From contig OZ024750.1 in the NCBI GenBank assembly GCA_964016885.1, positions 48,546,001-48,610,000 of the forward strand: 64,000 nt of DNA, in the 5' to 3' direction. Positions 13,245 to 28,546 of the stretch are shown in pieces; position 1 is the stretch's first letter, and each line of letters begins with the position of its first letter. The notes below the pieces were generated by a model. The model did not search any database and was not told the origin of the DNA. It saw nothing but the letters and a program-made list of their open reading frames with translations. A program made the position numbers and the translations under genes. The DNA is from Eledone cirrhosa. Lineage: Eukaryota.

Positions 13245-13685
13245 AAATGGAAAAAAATGGAAAAAATGTAATTTTATTTCTCACTCTTACTACGGCTGAT
13301 ACTTAAATATAAGTATGTATACGTACATACATATATGTATACAGACGTACAGTAGTATGTATATACATACATACATGCACACAAATATAGATATATATAT
13401 GTACGTACAGGTTTACCGACCATTTATTATAATGTTCAGTTTGTTTGTAAAGAAACAGCCCGAATTATTGGTCGTACAGTTTTCGGCAACCATCGTTGCC
13501 CATTTGTTTTTGGCTTATTAGCTGTCATCAACAACGTATACATTCCTGTCAGTCAATTGAACGTTTGAAAGTATATACTTTCCTTATGCATATTAACGGC
13601 TGAGCAGCCTAATTTGCATATCGAGTGAGTTAGTCGGGAGGGCGTACCGAAAACGATAAATGGGAAAAAATGAAAAAATGAAATA
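13245..13685 (-). mobile_element. Oct-HHR family copy (~413 bp unit plus partial repeat), decayed HHR
   Basis: Homologous to 45374-45910. ATTTGCAT at 13612-13619. Minus strand CGTTG-TTGATGA-CAGCTAATAAGCC-AAAA..CAACG at ~13493-13536. Confidence 0.65.
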
Positions 13686-15309
13686 TATATATATATATAT
13701 CATAAATCATGTCTTTAGAATCATTAGATACAATATATACCGTTTCTTCTTCCAATTAGCATAATTAACCATATAAAAAATCAATTAGACCAAGCTATAA
13801 GAAGAAAGGCTCTTATGAAGAAATCTTCGACAAATAACCGAAAGTGGCCTCTTCGCGGTGGCCCCAATATAGTATATCTATCCAACATTTCGACAGCATG
13901 TGGAAACTGACTAAACATATCATCAATCATACACAATTAGGTGTAAAATTAAACTTAGAAGAAATGTGTACATATATATATATGGTTGTGTGTGTGCGTG
14001 TGGGGGTGTGTGCTTGTTTCGGAGCATAGATGGCATGTATAATATGTTTTCTTGCTAGAGATCAATGTTATAATAATATGCTGGGTGTTCGAAATATGTA
14101 GTACATTGTTATTTTTCGTTGTAAAATGTGAATATAGTTATTCAGATAGATAGCGATTTACTGAATGACGTACACAAATAATTATTTCAAATGAGCTGAC
14201 TAAATGAGAGATTTTCAGTTATATAATTGAAAAGAGGATGCCTGTCTCATGCCTTTAATTTACATGAATAACTCATATTTAATATTTTAACAGTATGTAC
14301 TACATCATCAACACATGAAATGGTGTTAAGGAAATAATTAATCTTAAATGTTAATATTAACTAACATCATCATGTGTATTGAACAATCAACGTTTAAATT
14401 ATCTGCGAATAAGTATTCATACCTTTATAAGATTCCGGCAGTTAATTACGATATGATTCGTTTGTTGTTTCTCTAATCTATTGAATATTTAATATTATAA
14501 ATACGTCCGCAAATTTGTATAATTAATGTGAAATATAATAAACGTAACATCTGCCACTTCTCCTTATTATTTATAAGGAGTATTGTGAGTAATTTCCTTT
14601 CTTTGGAGATACATCTTACTTATATATGATCATTTCGAATTCAAAGCTATTTGTTGACGAAACAACTAAAACCAAGAAAGATTTGCCTCTTAAATCGAAG
14701 ATAACCCATTTTGTATATATTACCTAGCTCTAATAATCTATTATAGCTAGGTATTATATTATTATCATAATTCAGTTGTAATTAAAATATCTGCGTTAGA
14801 AAGGACACATTAGATGACATCGTGTTATTACTGTCCTAGAAGAAGTAATATTGCAAAGTTGCTATATTATTTGTATAGCTGCAAGTAAAGCTCTTCTGTG
14901 GCTGTAATTTCTTTTTGGCAAAACATTGCACATTGCCTTTTTTCATTTCACACATGATCGCTTATAAAAAATATTATTATCCCTAATATGTTAATGTGCG
15001 AAAGAAGTTAGTGTGAGGATCGTATAATGATCTGTTTAAATTCCTACATCACTTTGGGACCGTAAACAACGCTTTTTATTTACTGTTGCTCCAACTCAAT
15101 GAGCTGCTAAAAATAAGTTGTTTTCGTGTGTCAGAGGTCCAGCTTTGTCACACCGTGTGCCATGCTGTATATCCTGGATAACTATGTTAAATGTACAGAT
15201 GTCTTTGAAATGCTCAAAAACTTGCAGGTTAATTTCACTAGCTGGGTGTTTCCTTGAAGAGTCGAATTAAATTCTAGACCTTAAAGCTACTGCATTATTA
15301 TATACGATG

Positions 15310-15723
15310 AGGTGGTGGATTGGCAGTATCTATATAGGGCCGCACGCCATGCTTTGCTGCATAGAGTCACGGGCCTTTACGGTATGGGTTCAAATCCCAT
15401 CGAGGTTAACATTGCTTTTCATCCTTACGGAATCGAAAAAAATAAAGTACCAGTCATGCACTGGGATAATTGCTGGTCTTGTGCTAAAAGTAGAAACAAT
15501 TATTATAAACGATAAGGGCGGTTGTTTCACAGTATCGGTTGAGCGCCGGACAACATGGTTTCTGGCATAGAGTTTTGAGTTCAATCAATATCGAAGTTAG
15601 CTTTGCTCTACATTCTTACGGGGTTGACAAAATAAAGTACCAGTTACGTGCTGGTGTAGATTACATGAATATTGCCCTTCCCTTCTAACTGCTGGCTTTC
15701 TGCCAAATGTAGAAACAATTATT
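15310..15723 (+). mobile_element. Two tandem MetaSINE copies (15310-15506, 15516-15723)
   Basis: Same tRNA-like head, Meta core and AACAATTATTA tails. Confidence 0.75.
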
Positions 15724-16479
15724 AGAACCCATATAAACATTACAATACCCGTGCATGCCGCATGATATATAGTTAAAACACGTGCACCGGTGTCATAATA
15801 TCCTGTGCCGCATCTTCACTGACTTTCATTGACTATAGCTTCAATTTAATCTATCATATAACTCTTTAAGCCAGATGATGACTTGGATCTTGCTGATCGA
15901 CTGTTATTGTGAATGGAATTATGTAGACAGCAAATGTGAGAATTATGCTATGATTACCTATATATTGGCTAATACAGACGCTAATTAGCAAGGTGGACGC
16001 ATAGTTGATCGAACACCGACTTCCGGCCAATCATCACCACACCCATTGTCTGTCATTTATCACATAAGTTATATTCCTACTATGTTCATTTCGACTAAAG
16101 CGACCGAACTTGGTAAATGATTGAGATAACATTCAACACGATATCTCTATGCTCTGAAATAAGTTAGTTACTGCAGTGTGTGTGCGCGTGAAGCTCCGAA
16201 CACAACATCTCACTCTGGAACGTTCGACAAGCGGATTTTATTTTACTAGTGAAAATTGGACAAATATTAACCATTGTCTGCTATTTTCACAGTAACAATT
16301 CGTATCAAATGTTGCAACTGTCGGATATAAATCTATACTAATAATACCAATTATATTGGGAAGAAAGCTTATTTTAAATAAAGGTTACACTAGTTTCATT
16401 AAAGCAACGTTGGAAAAACTACTTCATTTAAATCAAAGAACTATAGCTTCTAAGCATGATTGAAGTAAAATATTAGATA

Positions 16480-16960
16480 CTTTGGGGACCCTTGCTACCA
16501 ACCGCTCAGTCATTCCTTAATCAGCCAGAAGTTATGTAGTATACAACCTTTATTTGTGGGATGCTCTATATATTTTGTCCTTTGTTGTTTTGAAAGACGA
16601 TTTGAAAAGAAAATTGACGGAATCTAAGCAAGAATTCTTCGAGCTGCCCTGGACATCTCCTGAAGATAACACATTATGACAGAACTCTTTAAGGGAAATG
16701 TACCTTTAATATCACTTGTCATCGTAGAAAGAAGAACAATATTCGCGGACTTCCTGGCGAGCAAAGGATGAGATCAACTGCGATATTCTTTAGGAACCAA
16801 CAAATGGGTAAACAAATGTTGGTAGATCACATCGAAACAACATAAAGCAACTGTGTGAGGATTTTGAATGCACCCGCGATGACCTAACACGAGCAATGGC
16901 ACAACGAACAGACTGGAAAGAGTGAGTCACCATGATCCATACACTATGATGACTTAATTT
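16480..16960 (+). pseudogene. Highly degenerate 3' end of an RTE-like LINE
   Basis: Remnant ALDIS*..RR.IFA..RSKDE..DRLE resembles the C-terminus at 46029-46361. Confidence 0.4.
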
Positions 16961-18757
16961 TAAATGCATCTGTAGGCATCTTCCCTTACCAAATCTATGC
17001 TGTTTGAAATGTGATGTTTTGGTTTGCAAGAAACTAATATGCCTTTCAAATTAAAGTATTCATTACACCTTCGCTCTGGTATTGTTTTACTGTTTTATAA
17101 ATATCAGTTTTAGTTTAATGTTAATATTTGTATGTTTGTTCTTAATATCTTACAGAGGTGATCATGAGGCAAACATAAATTGTTAAACAAATATTTTATA
17201 TAATCATATTACATTTTTTTCAATAATCACCATCCTTACTTTCAGTTTATTCACCTTCTATACTACTTTCATGTTATGTCCATTATGAGGTAACAGTATA
17301 TAATCAAAATATATTATTGGCAAAAATTAAACAAACATCTTGTTTGTTTGGTGTAATTAATTTACAAAGGATGTAGTATGTTACTTTAATAATGTATAGA
17401 AGCTATAGGGCTATGTTGTTTTAAATGCTATAGTTTCTTCCACGTTATTTCAATAAAACTAATGTAACCTTTATTAAAAGTGAATTGTTTCCCTTCATTT
17501 TTCTCTAAACATGTTATAATGAGAAATTCCTAAATACCACTTTAAAGTTTTTTCTAAGAAAAGAAATTGTTTTGAAACACATTTTAATTTTAAAGTACCT
17601 TGAATGTATAAACACATTATTATACTACTGACAACTTTATACTTGAGGCAACAAGTTTCAACGGTGGATTTAAAAAACAAAACTAATTAAAGCAGTGCAT
17701 TAGTACTGTTATTGCACGGGAAAGGAAATACATTGAAAGAGGCCATAAACTTTGGTGTATTCAGCATTTTAAGCTGATGCATACAACGCATATTGTTTTC
17801 TGAACACAACCGACTTCGTCTCGTAAAGGACAGAGAGTGAGCCTGAGAGAATAATTTAAAGAGGTAGATGAACAATTGTCCATTCCTGCTCGGAATCTTG
17901 ATCTATGGACCTTGATATGATGAAAGTTCAATTCAATCTTTTGGGGATTTTCAGGCAGAAAGCCAGAACTGTTACAGGGGTATTGCATTTGCTGGGTCTA
18001 TGGAAAATTGCCGCTTTTGCTGTTATGATGAAATGGATGATGACATATAACAAATGCCTCACGAATGTTCTGTTGTTTAGAAAATAATTGGCCCACCACT
18101 GGGTGTTAGCAAATGTGGTTAAGGTGATTGCTTCGAAAGTGTTCTCCACTTCAGCAGCATTGCTTGGTAACTTGAACAGGTGGCTTTTGTTATAGCTTGG
18201 TTTTGATTAATGCTTGTGAGTGTAATTTGTGATGAAATCCATAGTAAGGGGTTTACAGTTGTTGTTTTTCCACGTTGTAGCGGATCGACAAAAGGGGAAT
18301 CTATAAAATGACTAGTAAGGACACATAGGGTGCAATAATTACTGAATTAATATGACTTAAATCAGTAAACCAATAAGTTAGTAGGGATTGTTGTCAGAGT
18401 TAACTGTAAGAAGCTTGTGAAAACAGGGAAACTTGGAGCCTCCAATTATTGTTAAAATTCGGAACTCTTGGGAAATTATATTTGATTAAATTAAGCAATT
18501 TCCTTTTCGTTTTAGTTTAGTTAATGTAATATGTCTGACGTCGAGTTGATGAAAAATATAAAGTAGCAATTTAGATTTACTTATTTGCTAATTGCCTCAC
18601 TGAATATCCGTTTTATAAAATGTATTCAAAGCCGCTTGTATTCTGCATTAAGTCTTAAGTTATAATTAGATTTCAGAATATAATAATTCGAGAGATATAT
18701 TGTAAATGTGTGCTTGATTATTTTGGATAATAGAAGCAAACATTAATTTTAAAGATA

Positions 18758-18946
18758 AGGCGGTGGATTGGCAGAATCGGTAGAAGTTCGGACGCCATGC
18801 TTTCCAGCATAGTTACGTCCCTTTACGATCTGATTTCAAATCCCGCCGAGGTTGACTTTGCCTTTCATCCTTACGGGGTCGATAAAATAAAGTACCAGTA
18901 ATGCACTGGGTAATTGCTGGCCTTGTGCCTAAAGTAGAAACAATTA
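18758..18946 (+). mobile_element. MetaSINE, full length and well preserved
   Basis: GGCGGTGGATTGGCAGAATCGGTAGA..TTCAAATCCCGCCGAGGTTGACTTTGCCTTTCATCCTTACGGGGTCGATAAAATAAAGTACCAG. Confidence 0.82.
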
Positions 18947-19189
18947 ATTTGTAAGATATTTTATTAAAGAGACTTCGTAGAGAGAGCGTTATATGTTATC
19001 GTTATATCATTGGTCAATTCTTTGGACCACGGACCGTCCTGAATATGTGCCTATCTAGACCAGACGACTTGAAATATGTAGTTAGTCTGTGATCGTGTAA
19101 TTTGAATATATATATATGTGTGTGTGTGTGTATAGAGAGAGAGTGTGAGAGAGAGAAAGAGAGAGAGAGAGAAGTTTGGAAGAAGTAGT

Positions 19190-19323
19190 TCCACAACAGT
19201 TAGTTCACCATTTGTTCTCCGTATGGTGAACTAATTGTTGTGGAAAGGAAATACTTTTACCAAACTCGTCCCATGGACGGAGTGCTCTACTACTATGGAT
19301 ATAACCCACGAGTGTTCTTCTAT

Positions 19324-19325
<2 letters not shown>
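19190..19325. repeat. Partial copy of the palindromic MITE family (see 30268-30472)
   Basis: TTCACCAT..TATGGTGAACTAA, CTCGTCCCATGGAC.GAGTGCTCTAC. Confidence 0.55.
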
Positions 19326-19357
<32 letters not shown>

Positions 19358-20819
19358 CGTATGTTTTTGCGCTCGTGCGCGCGCGCATGTGTGTGTAAAA
19401 CATAGACAGAAATAACAACCCAATAGGTAGAGTATATGGAAGGAATATATTTGTATAACGTTTGAAATAGCAGGAAGAGGGTATTAATGTTTCGGGCGCT
19501 AGTCGTTCGTCAGAAGAAAGAATAAAGAATGAGAAATTAGAATGATTAATAGGACGCGGAGAGTGGAATAGGTAGAAAAAAATGATTTTATAGATAAATA
19601 ACAGGTACATTCATGTTTCCATGTCTTGAGTGAGAGAGAAATATAGAGTAATAGAGAGGGAGAGAGAGAGTGAGAAGCGAGAAAGAAAAAGAAAGAGAGA
19701 GAGAAGGAGAGCGAGACCGAGAAGAGAGAGAGAGAGATGACACACATAACCCTATTTAGTTCACATGAGCTGAGCATGTTGATGTTGGCGGCTAGATGAT
19801 ACAGAGTGGTGATCCAAATAATTTGAATATGGATACGTTATATTCTGTTGTTAGTCATTAGGACGCATTTCGGTGTTTCTTTTAGTCTCGGATATAGTCA
19901 AGCAATTATGGACATCAAAATTACCATACATATAAGTATTCATGATTCTATTACTGGTTATATTGACTGGGCCTTAATATCAAAAGGGAGAGCAAGTCAT
20001 TGAGGATGCCCTACGTTATGTACATAGGCTATTTGCCATGAATAATCAGGTTGTGTGACATGAGCTACATAATGTTTGAAGTGTTTAAAGGCATGCTGTT
20101 CTTACAAAGATAATTATAAGAATTTTGTTTGTCAACGACATGAAATGCATCCTTCTAATGACTAAAACGTCAGAATGATTGCTATTTCCAAATCAGAGCC
20201 AATGCTGCGTTAGCGTGAAATGTCTATATTAATACGACATCGTATAACGTTTACCTGTAATGAAAAGAAAGGAGAGCATCTGTATAGGAATTATATAATA
20301 TTGAAAAGAGTTATAAATAATCTGAAACATTTTAAATAATAACGAAATGCCTAATAATGGTTAAACGTTTAATTTATTTCTGTAAACAATTTATTTCATA
20401 ATCATGAAATAAATTGTTTACAATATATTCCATAATAGTATTATGTTATAAAACCTGGCTGTATTTTTTTTCTTTGTTTAATTTACAACAGCTTTAAATA
20501 TACGCAGTTCGATTACAATTAACTTCCCAACATTTAAGCTAAATTTCAGAAATGATCAATATTTGAAGACTTAAATATGTGACAATGAAGGTTCACCGCA
20601 AAATTCTACTTACATAAGGAGGCTTTTAAGCTTACGTGATACATCAGCTAAAGATAAGGCAGAGCTTATACCCTGAATGATACTATGGGAAGTTATTGAT
20701 TGGGACTGTATTTCGCCGTTAATTTCATTTATATATATTATTTATTGTTTGTGATTTTTTCGTTTTTATGTGTATTTTTATTGTTGTTTTTTCTTTCACC
20801 TGAAACTAGCATTATTTTT

Positions 20820-21061
20820 CGTCGAGGTTAACTTTGCCTTTCATCCTTACGGGGTCGATAAAATAAAGTACTAGTCACGCACTGATTCGATTTTATCAAA
20901 TTGCTCGTCTCTACAAAATTGCTGGCTTTGTGCCTATATAAGAAATCATTATTTCCCCTCGAGGTTAACTTTGCCTTTCTTCCTTACGGGGTCAATCAAA
21001 TAAAGTACCCGTAATGCACTGGTTAATTGCTGGCCTCGTGCCAAATGTAGAAACAATTATT
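20820..21061 (+). mobile_element. Two 5'-truncated MetaSINE copies in tandem
   Basis: CGAGGTTAACTTTGCCTTTC..GGGGTC repeated at 20823 and 20960. Confidence 0.72.
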
Positions 21062-22741
21062 TTTAAATGATGATACAGAAATATACTGATTGTGGCTTGA
21101 AAGTAATATTGGTTTAATTGCTAAATGACCGCTAAGCCTTTTACTACAAAGACATTTGAAATCACTACCGGATCTACGATTCAGAAGTATTTAACTTTAT
21201 ATATATATATATATATTCTCTATGCGTAATATTTTCTGTTTAGATATTTCAGGAAGATTTCATATATTAAAGTTCATATAACATACGCCGTAGTGAACAT
21301 TCACTGGGATGGTTGCTTGTAACATTGTCGTTCACATTTATGTGTGAATTCCAGCGTTGTGTACTTCATTTCATGCTGCTTCTGTTCACTCAGATTAAAT
21401 ACCAGCGACATATTGGCGTGATGTCCAGCGTTAGTCATGTATTCTCAGCCGCTTAATACCCACGAAGTGACAATAAGCTATGGACTGTGTTAAACCCGTG
21501 CACGCAAAAAAAAAAAAAAATGAACTTAAGTGTTAACTCTATCTAACACGCTCTTTCCTAAGTATTTTCAGTATTTAAGAAACACCATTTGCAAATAGTA
21601 TATCCCCTTCGTGGTGTGACATTTAAAATATGTTATACTGGAAACAATTCTTCTTTATACTCTCGGTTGTTTACGACGCACGGAGAAATGTTAAATCAAA
21701 GATGCCACAATACGGATAATTATAGTAATTGTTGATCACTATAAATAATCGTTAAATGAATCAGGCAAGCTACTTATGTAGTCTGAAAACATGGTCCTAT
21801 TGCTCACAGGAGAAGCTGATCAGGTTTTCCGTATACAGGGATATTTACCCGATTCGAACTATCTTGTATTTTACATAGTGATCAATTATTATTATAGTTA
21901 TGTGTATTGTGGCGTCCGTATTTTCAAATGTTTTAATTCAGAATTTTATTTTTAATTGAGATATATTTGAATTAGATTTTTGTTTGTTTTTAGCAGATTA
22001 AAAAATATAAACTAGAATTTTATGAGAAAATACATATTAAATGTTAGTATGTATTCGAGCAACATTTTACAAAGCTAATTAAGATTATGTCATCACAGCG
22101 AAGGCAATAAAGAGGAAAATATAGAAGGAAAAAGAAAATTGGTTTGTAATGGATACAGTTTTATGATAGCTGTAGAAAAATATGCTAAAAATAATATTAA
22201 AACATACAACATTAATTGAAAATACCGAAACAAAAATTCTGTCTACTTTATTTGAATAATGTAGATTAAATATTTGATTTTAAAATTGAAAAGAAAAGAA
22301 AATACATAAAGGAGACAATATATTCTGTTTGGCTCAAACATAATCATGATATAGAAATATGTTATATTATTATTAATTTTCAAAGGGACATATTTTATGT
22401 GGGTGAAAAACTCATCTCAAGTTTAATTTCAAGCATTTTAAGTTTGTTTTCGGATGAAACGAAGAAAATTAAATTTGCAAAGAATATAAACATGTCTTTA
22501 TTTTCTATATAAATTCAAGATGGTATTTCCTTAATACATCACTACTAAAATCTCGTCTATATGTGACACTTCAATGTGATTATGATCGTGTTTACTTAAT
22601 ACATCATTACGATATACTCTAAGTGTCAGGTCAATGTTATTATGATTTGTTATTTATATCTAATATTATGGTAATCAGATATTAACTTCCTTCTGCACTG
22701 ATATATATAAGTTATGATCTTTTCAGTTTTACGTACACTCT

Positions 22742-23276
<535 letters not shown>

Positions 23277-23421
23277 GTTATCAACTCAAAATAGTCTTTT
23301 ACATTTAAATAGCTCAAAGAAAGGAAACTTTCCGAGCCGTGTAATATAATTTGAGTTTATAACTCAATCTATGATATTCTCGGTTCCGTAAGTAGAGTTA
23401 ACCTTAGTCCCATAATTTATA

Positions 23422-23942
23422 TTCTTCTTCTTCTTCTTCTTCTTCTTCTTCTTCTTCTTCTTCTTCTTCTTCTTCTTCTTCTTCTTCTTCTTCTTCTTCT
23501 TTTTCTTCTTTTTCTTCTTCTTCTAATTCGTCGTCTTCTTCTTCTTTTTTCTTCCTTTTCTTCTTCTTCTTCTTCTTCTTCTTCTTCTTCTTCTTCTTCT
23601 TCTTCTTCTTCTTCTTCTTCTTCTTCTTCTTTTTTTTTCTTATTTTCTTCTTCTTCTTCTTCTTCTTCTTATTATTATTATTATTATTATTATTCTTCTT
23701 CTTCTTCTTCTTCTTTTTTTTCTTATTTTCTTATTATTATTCTTCTCATTCGTCGTCTTCTTCTTCTTCTTCTTCTTCTTCTTCTTCTTCTTCTTCTTCT
23801 TCTTCTTCTTTTTCTTTTTCTTCTTATTCTTCTTATTCGTCGTCTTCTTCTTCTTCTTCTTCTTCTTCTTCTTCTTCTTCTTCTTCTTCTTCTTCTTCTT
23901 CTTCTTCTTCTTCTTCTTCTTCTTCTTCTTTTTCTTCTTCTT
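23422..23942 (-). repeat. (AAG)n/(TTC)n microsatellite, expanded 3' tail of the adjacent RTE LINE
   Basis: Direct read; abuts the RTE 3' end. Confidence 0.9.
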
Positions 23943-24440
23943 GTCAGCCCACTTATTCCTGGGAGGGTTGAGGCCAGAGTCATCAAATACTCCTTCCAGC
24001 GGGTTTTCTCAGTAGCAAGCATCTCCAGTTGATCTGGCCGGATCTCCAAGCGTGACCAGCCAAGCTCATGGATGCCATCCAACAATCTTGCTCTGGGTCT
24101 ACTCATGGGTCTCCAACTGTTGGTTTTGCCCGTAAAATCTGTCCAGCGATTGTTTCCTGGGACATTCGAACCACATTCCCATATAATTGGGGCTATGCTC
24201 TTTTAATTTGGAGAAGTAGACGCTTTACCTGGAGTGACTCTCTGATCTCCGAGTTACGCCTTCTCTCGAGTAACGTTACTTCATACAACCTTCGGAGGTT
24301 CCGCATTTCAGCCGCTTCTTATCGTAACGTCTGTGATCGACTTAAAAGGAGTTCTATAAAAATATTATTAGTCATGACAAAGAAATACGTACTGCGAACA
24401 ATACATTCAAATCAGAGTATCTTCCTGGCCGTCGTCTAAT
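23943..24440 (-). mobile_element. RTE LINE 3' fragment
   Basis: AEMRNLRRL..RRRNSEIRESLQVKRLLLQIKRA..GNVVRM..RPRAR; (AAG)n tail. Confidence 0.7.
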
Positions 24441-24902
24441 GTCATAACTAAGACCAGTAAAACACAAATGAGTATGCACACTAAACACCGACTAATGTAG
24501 TGAGGTTTGGAATCTCGCGTTTTTACTTAAATGACACTAAATAACACTCGTTCAGATTAAGGCAAACCTTCCTCAACATTTTTCAACCCATTTCACTCTG
24601 ATGTACATTAAAATACACCGAAGTAATTCTCTCTAGGAAAATCATTTGCTTTTTCTCGTAAACAGTGTTTAGCATAATGTTTAACTAAGGACACATTATA
24701 TTTCCATTACACCATTAAAAATTCAACACATACACGTGCACGTGCGCTCTTTCTGTTACACATTCAATCATCCTTCATCATTATAAATGTCTTTCTCATC
24801 CTACAACTCCCATGATAATCGTGTTTTAAGCAATGTGGTCCTACTACTTGTATTTTAGTTTCCCTCCCTCTATCACATCTCTCGCGTGTAGCATTTTCGC
24901 TA

Positions 24903-24982
24903 ATAATTGTTTCTACTGTTGGCACAAGGCCAGCAATTACCCGGTGCATTACTGGTACTTTATTTAATCGACCCCGTAAGGA
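24903..24982 (-). mobile_element. MetaSINE 3' fragment (similar minus-strand fragments at 28812-28860 and 31021-31090)
   Basis: Reverse complement of the SINE 3' half. Confidence 0.65.
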
Positions 24983-25191
24983 ATGTTAATTGTGTTGTCA
25001 TTGAACACCAGGCCAGTTTTGATTAATACGAAATATTCTAACGTGAATGACAACACGTTTTCCATTTTTAACGAGTATTGCACCCAGGACTACATAAACA
25101 AAAGCACACCCGAACACCGAAACACACAAAAACAAACACGCACATACCCCCCCCCCCCACACACGCACGCGCGAGCACGCCCGCACACACA

Positions 25192-25234
<43 letters not shown>

Positions 25235-25276
25235 TTATATGTATGTGGGTGTGTGCCTGAATGTATATATATATAT

Positions 25277-25316
25277 AGTTACCTTGGGAGAGATTTAAAT
25301 CTCTCCCAAGGTAACT
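25277..25316. repeat. Perfect 40 bp palindrome adjacent to (TA)n
   Basis: AGTTACCTTGGGAGAGATTT|AAATCTCTCCCAAGGTAACT. Confidence 0.9.
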
Positions 25317-25491
25317 CTCTCTCGTGTTGTTATTTTTATTTTATCCTTTATACTCTTTCCTTCATTCTTCTACACATCTCATACACACCACGCATCTCAA
25401 CGTACAACCACTTACATCTCTCTCTCCACCACCGGATCTTGTTACCCGGAGATTTACCCATTTGCATTGTCGAGGCTTCCAAACGACTTAA

Positions 25492-25568
<77 letters not shown>

Positions 25569-25585
25569 ATTATTAATATTATTAA

Positions 25586-25694
25586 TCGCCGAAGTTAACT
25601 TCGCCTTTCATCTTTAATGTGTCGATAAAATAAAACAGCAGTAACGTACTGGGGCAATTGCTGGCCTTGTGCCATAAATAGAAACATTGTTATT
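25586..25694 (+). mobile_element. MetaSINE 3' half
   Basis: GCCTTTCATCTTT..GTCGATAAAATAAA..GCTGGCCTTGTGCC. Confidence 0.65.
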
Positions 25695-28359
25695 ATTAAA
25701 AACAGTACAGCTTGATTTAACTCAGATATTGCAAATGATGTTCATATATAACAAATAGACACATTGTGTCGATATTAATACGTGGACTAGGCTCTCATTG
25801 TTTGTATTATATCTTGTGTTTTGCAGATTCAGGACGCTGCTGACGAGGCAATGGCGGCCGTTCCAAAGATGTTGGATTGCATTGCTGTTATTGTAATTTA
25901 CCGTAGACAACATTGTTATAAATGTATTTTCTACTATGTATAAGCATATTAATAACAGATAAAAGAATATTCGTGTTACTCTGTCAACACGTGCCTAATC
26001 ATAAATATTTTCCATACATCCTTGCTACAATTCCAGATTACTACGTATATAAATGTAATTTACACAAAATTGTGGTTACTCAGGCGAAACCAAACATATT
26101 TCATTACATTATATCAATGTGTACAGAAAATTACCGATGTTCGTTAACTAGACAGGAACAGGTTCATGAAAATCACCGATATGTTGTCGGCTCTCTGCTC
26201 TTCGAAATCAAATTCCCCATAGCCTTTTAGTGCTTCGGTGTAATACTTCGGGTGTCAGAAATGTAAGGTTGCATTTAGTTAAAATTAAACTGAGAACCTT
26301 CAATATATAGCATATAGTATATTTCAGGCGCTATATTAAATGTAGTTACTGCCAAAATTTCAAGATTACACTTGTAGATCAATGCATCAGGCATGTATTG
26401 GATATGATCTTCACACCCCCAATGAAATGAAACACATAATATATGTAGATTAGCCTTTTCTTTCTGACACTGCTCCTTTCGTTTTTAGACTAACATGTAA
26501 TATTTTCCAACCAAGCAATCTGCGTAATATACTTGTTCTAATGATTATAATGCGATGCGTAAAGCAATTAAATCAACTGACATTGAATGAGAAATAATCG
26601 TTAATGTTAATAAAATAATACGGATTTGTAAATTGCAACTCATACAGAAGGAATTAATTGACGCAGCTATCAAAATTGAAAACGATTTCTTCCGTCATTT
26701 TGTGCCTTGATTAAATCATGCCTGCAAATATCTAAACCTAAAATGGCAGGCCCATTCATATGACTGTACACATATTTCAGACAACTACGGGGAAGCAATA
26801 TATAGGTGAGAAAATAAACATATGCCATAAAGCTCGAAAAGAAACCTTTTTTTTTTATTTAACTCTTTTACGTTCTTTACTAAAATCCTGTTCAGGTTAT
26901 GTTTCCATTACAATCGAATTGTTAGACTTGAATATGGTGGTACCCGTATATAGACGCAGTCTCCTAAATGAGGCAGTAACACATTTAAAGAAAAAAAAAA
27001 TACTGTATATGAAGTTAGCTGCTAGGCTTCACTAGTAATTCAGAACTGCGAGAAAGTTTGAATCTCCAGACTGTCTAACTTCACATGATTATACGTTGTC
27101 GCGCTCCATTACTTCCGTTTATGTTTGTTGCTGTTGTTCAATCAAAGTAATATTCTGCTTAATAATTTAAGCTGCAAGTGGCTACGCATACTAAAGTGTC
27201 GTATTCTTAACGCAATATTTGGGGAGATTCAACGTGACACAGGGAATTAAATTGCTATTTTTATTTCACAATAATTTTAGATTCTATGAAACGGCCTTCC
27301 TCACTGTTTCCGTCTCCCAACTTTTCGGCAAAAGGCTTGGGATAACTCGAGGCATTGGTAATAACCATTTACCCATTTAAAAGTGCAGTGAGATCGAAAT
27401 AGAAAGTATATCATTTTGAAGCATATCTCGACCATTCTTCCGCCATGTATATTTAGCGATTGAAATATTATATAGACACTCGCCTATATCTGCGTAGATA
27501 TGCATACGGTTGCACTAATTGAGAATTATTTCAGATACTATAAGCTGTCTACAATATTATTGGCAATAGACCTATAAAATATGATTAGTCATTATCTCAG
27601 AAAACAGATGTTCTAAAAATATATTTTAAACTTCACAAAATAAATCCGCCAAGCCCTGCCGTTAAATCTAATCTTACGTTTCCTTTTAGACAAAATTACT
27701 ATCCCCATTTATATTCGCGCCAGTCGTTTCTGCTGCTGTTTTCTTCAATATTGATCTAAGCAACCATTTTTATGCTTGTTTATGTTTTGTCTTTTTTTTT
27801 CCTTTTGCAGTATGTAGAGAATGTGTATGAATTGTATATGTACATATTTTATGACTGGACTTGGTATTTCAGCAACATTTTCTTTTCAAAACATCCTTAT
27901 TTTCATATACTTTGGTTCAAAATGAATTCTCATATATCAATCAATAGTAACCACGCAAAAGGTCATGAGAAACCAGCTTCTGCTGGCAAAGGTGTTTGAT
28001 GGTAATAACACAACTAGGGAAATAATACATTTAAGTTGTCAATTTTCCCTACCAGTTGGCACATCAAGGCTAAATATCCCCGCCTGTGAAAGAAGTGTGC
28101 ATTATTACTTGCCAGCCAGCTAACAACATTAGGCAATCATACAGAAGTATTTTAATCATGCAGTGGCGTATAATAGTTTTACAAAAGTATTCCATCTTTT
28201 TAAATAATAGAATACCATGTCCTATATCGGTTTTAATGCTTAGAACAGTAATCTAAACTTCATCTGGAAATAGGTTTAAGTGCAACATATTAAAATCATA
28301 TGGATGCAACCAGAGCATGTATTCATGTATCGAATATATATTAATATTAAGAAAATATA

Positions 28360-28546
28360 AGGGCGGTGGATTGGAAGTATCGCTACAGGGTCGGACGCCA
28401 TGCTTTGAAACATAGAGTTACGGCCATTGCCATTCTGAGTTCAAATCCCGCCGATGTTAACTTTGCTTTTCATCCTTACGGGGTCGATAAAATAAAGTAC
28501 CAGTAATGCACTGGGTATTTGCAGGCCTTGTGCAAAACGTAGAAAA
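28360..28546 (+). mobile_element. MetaSINE, full length
   Basis: Same head and core as 18758. Confidence 0.8.

Noticed and set aside
17700-18300. Old LINE 3' end with a CCHC-like remnant on the minus strand
   Set aside because: Too degenerate to assign.
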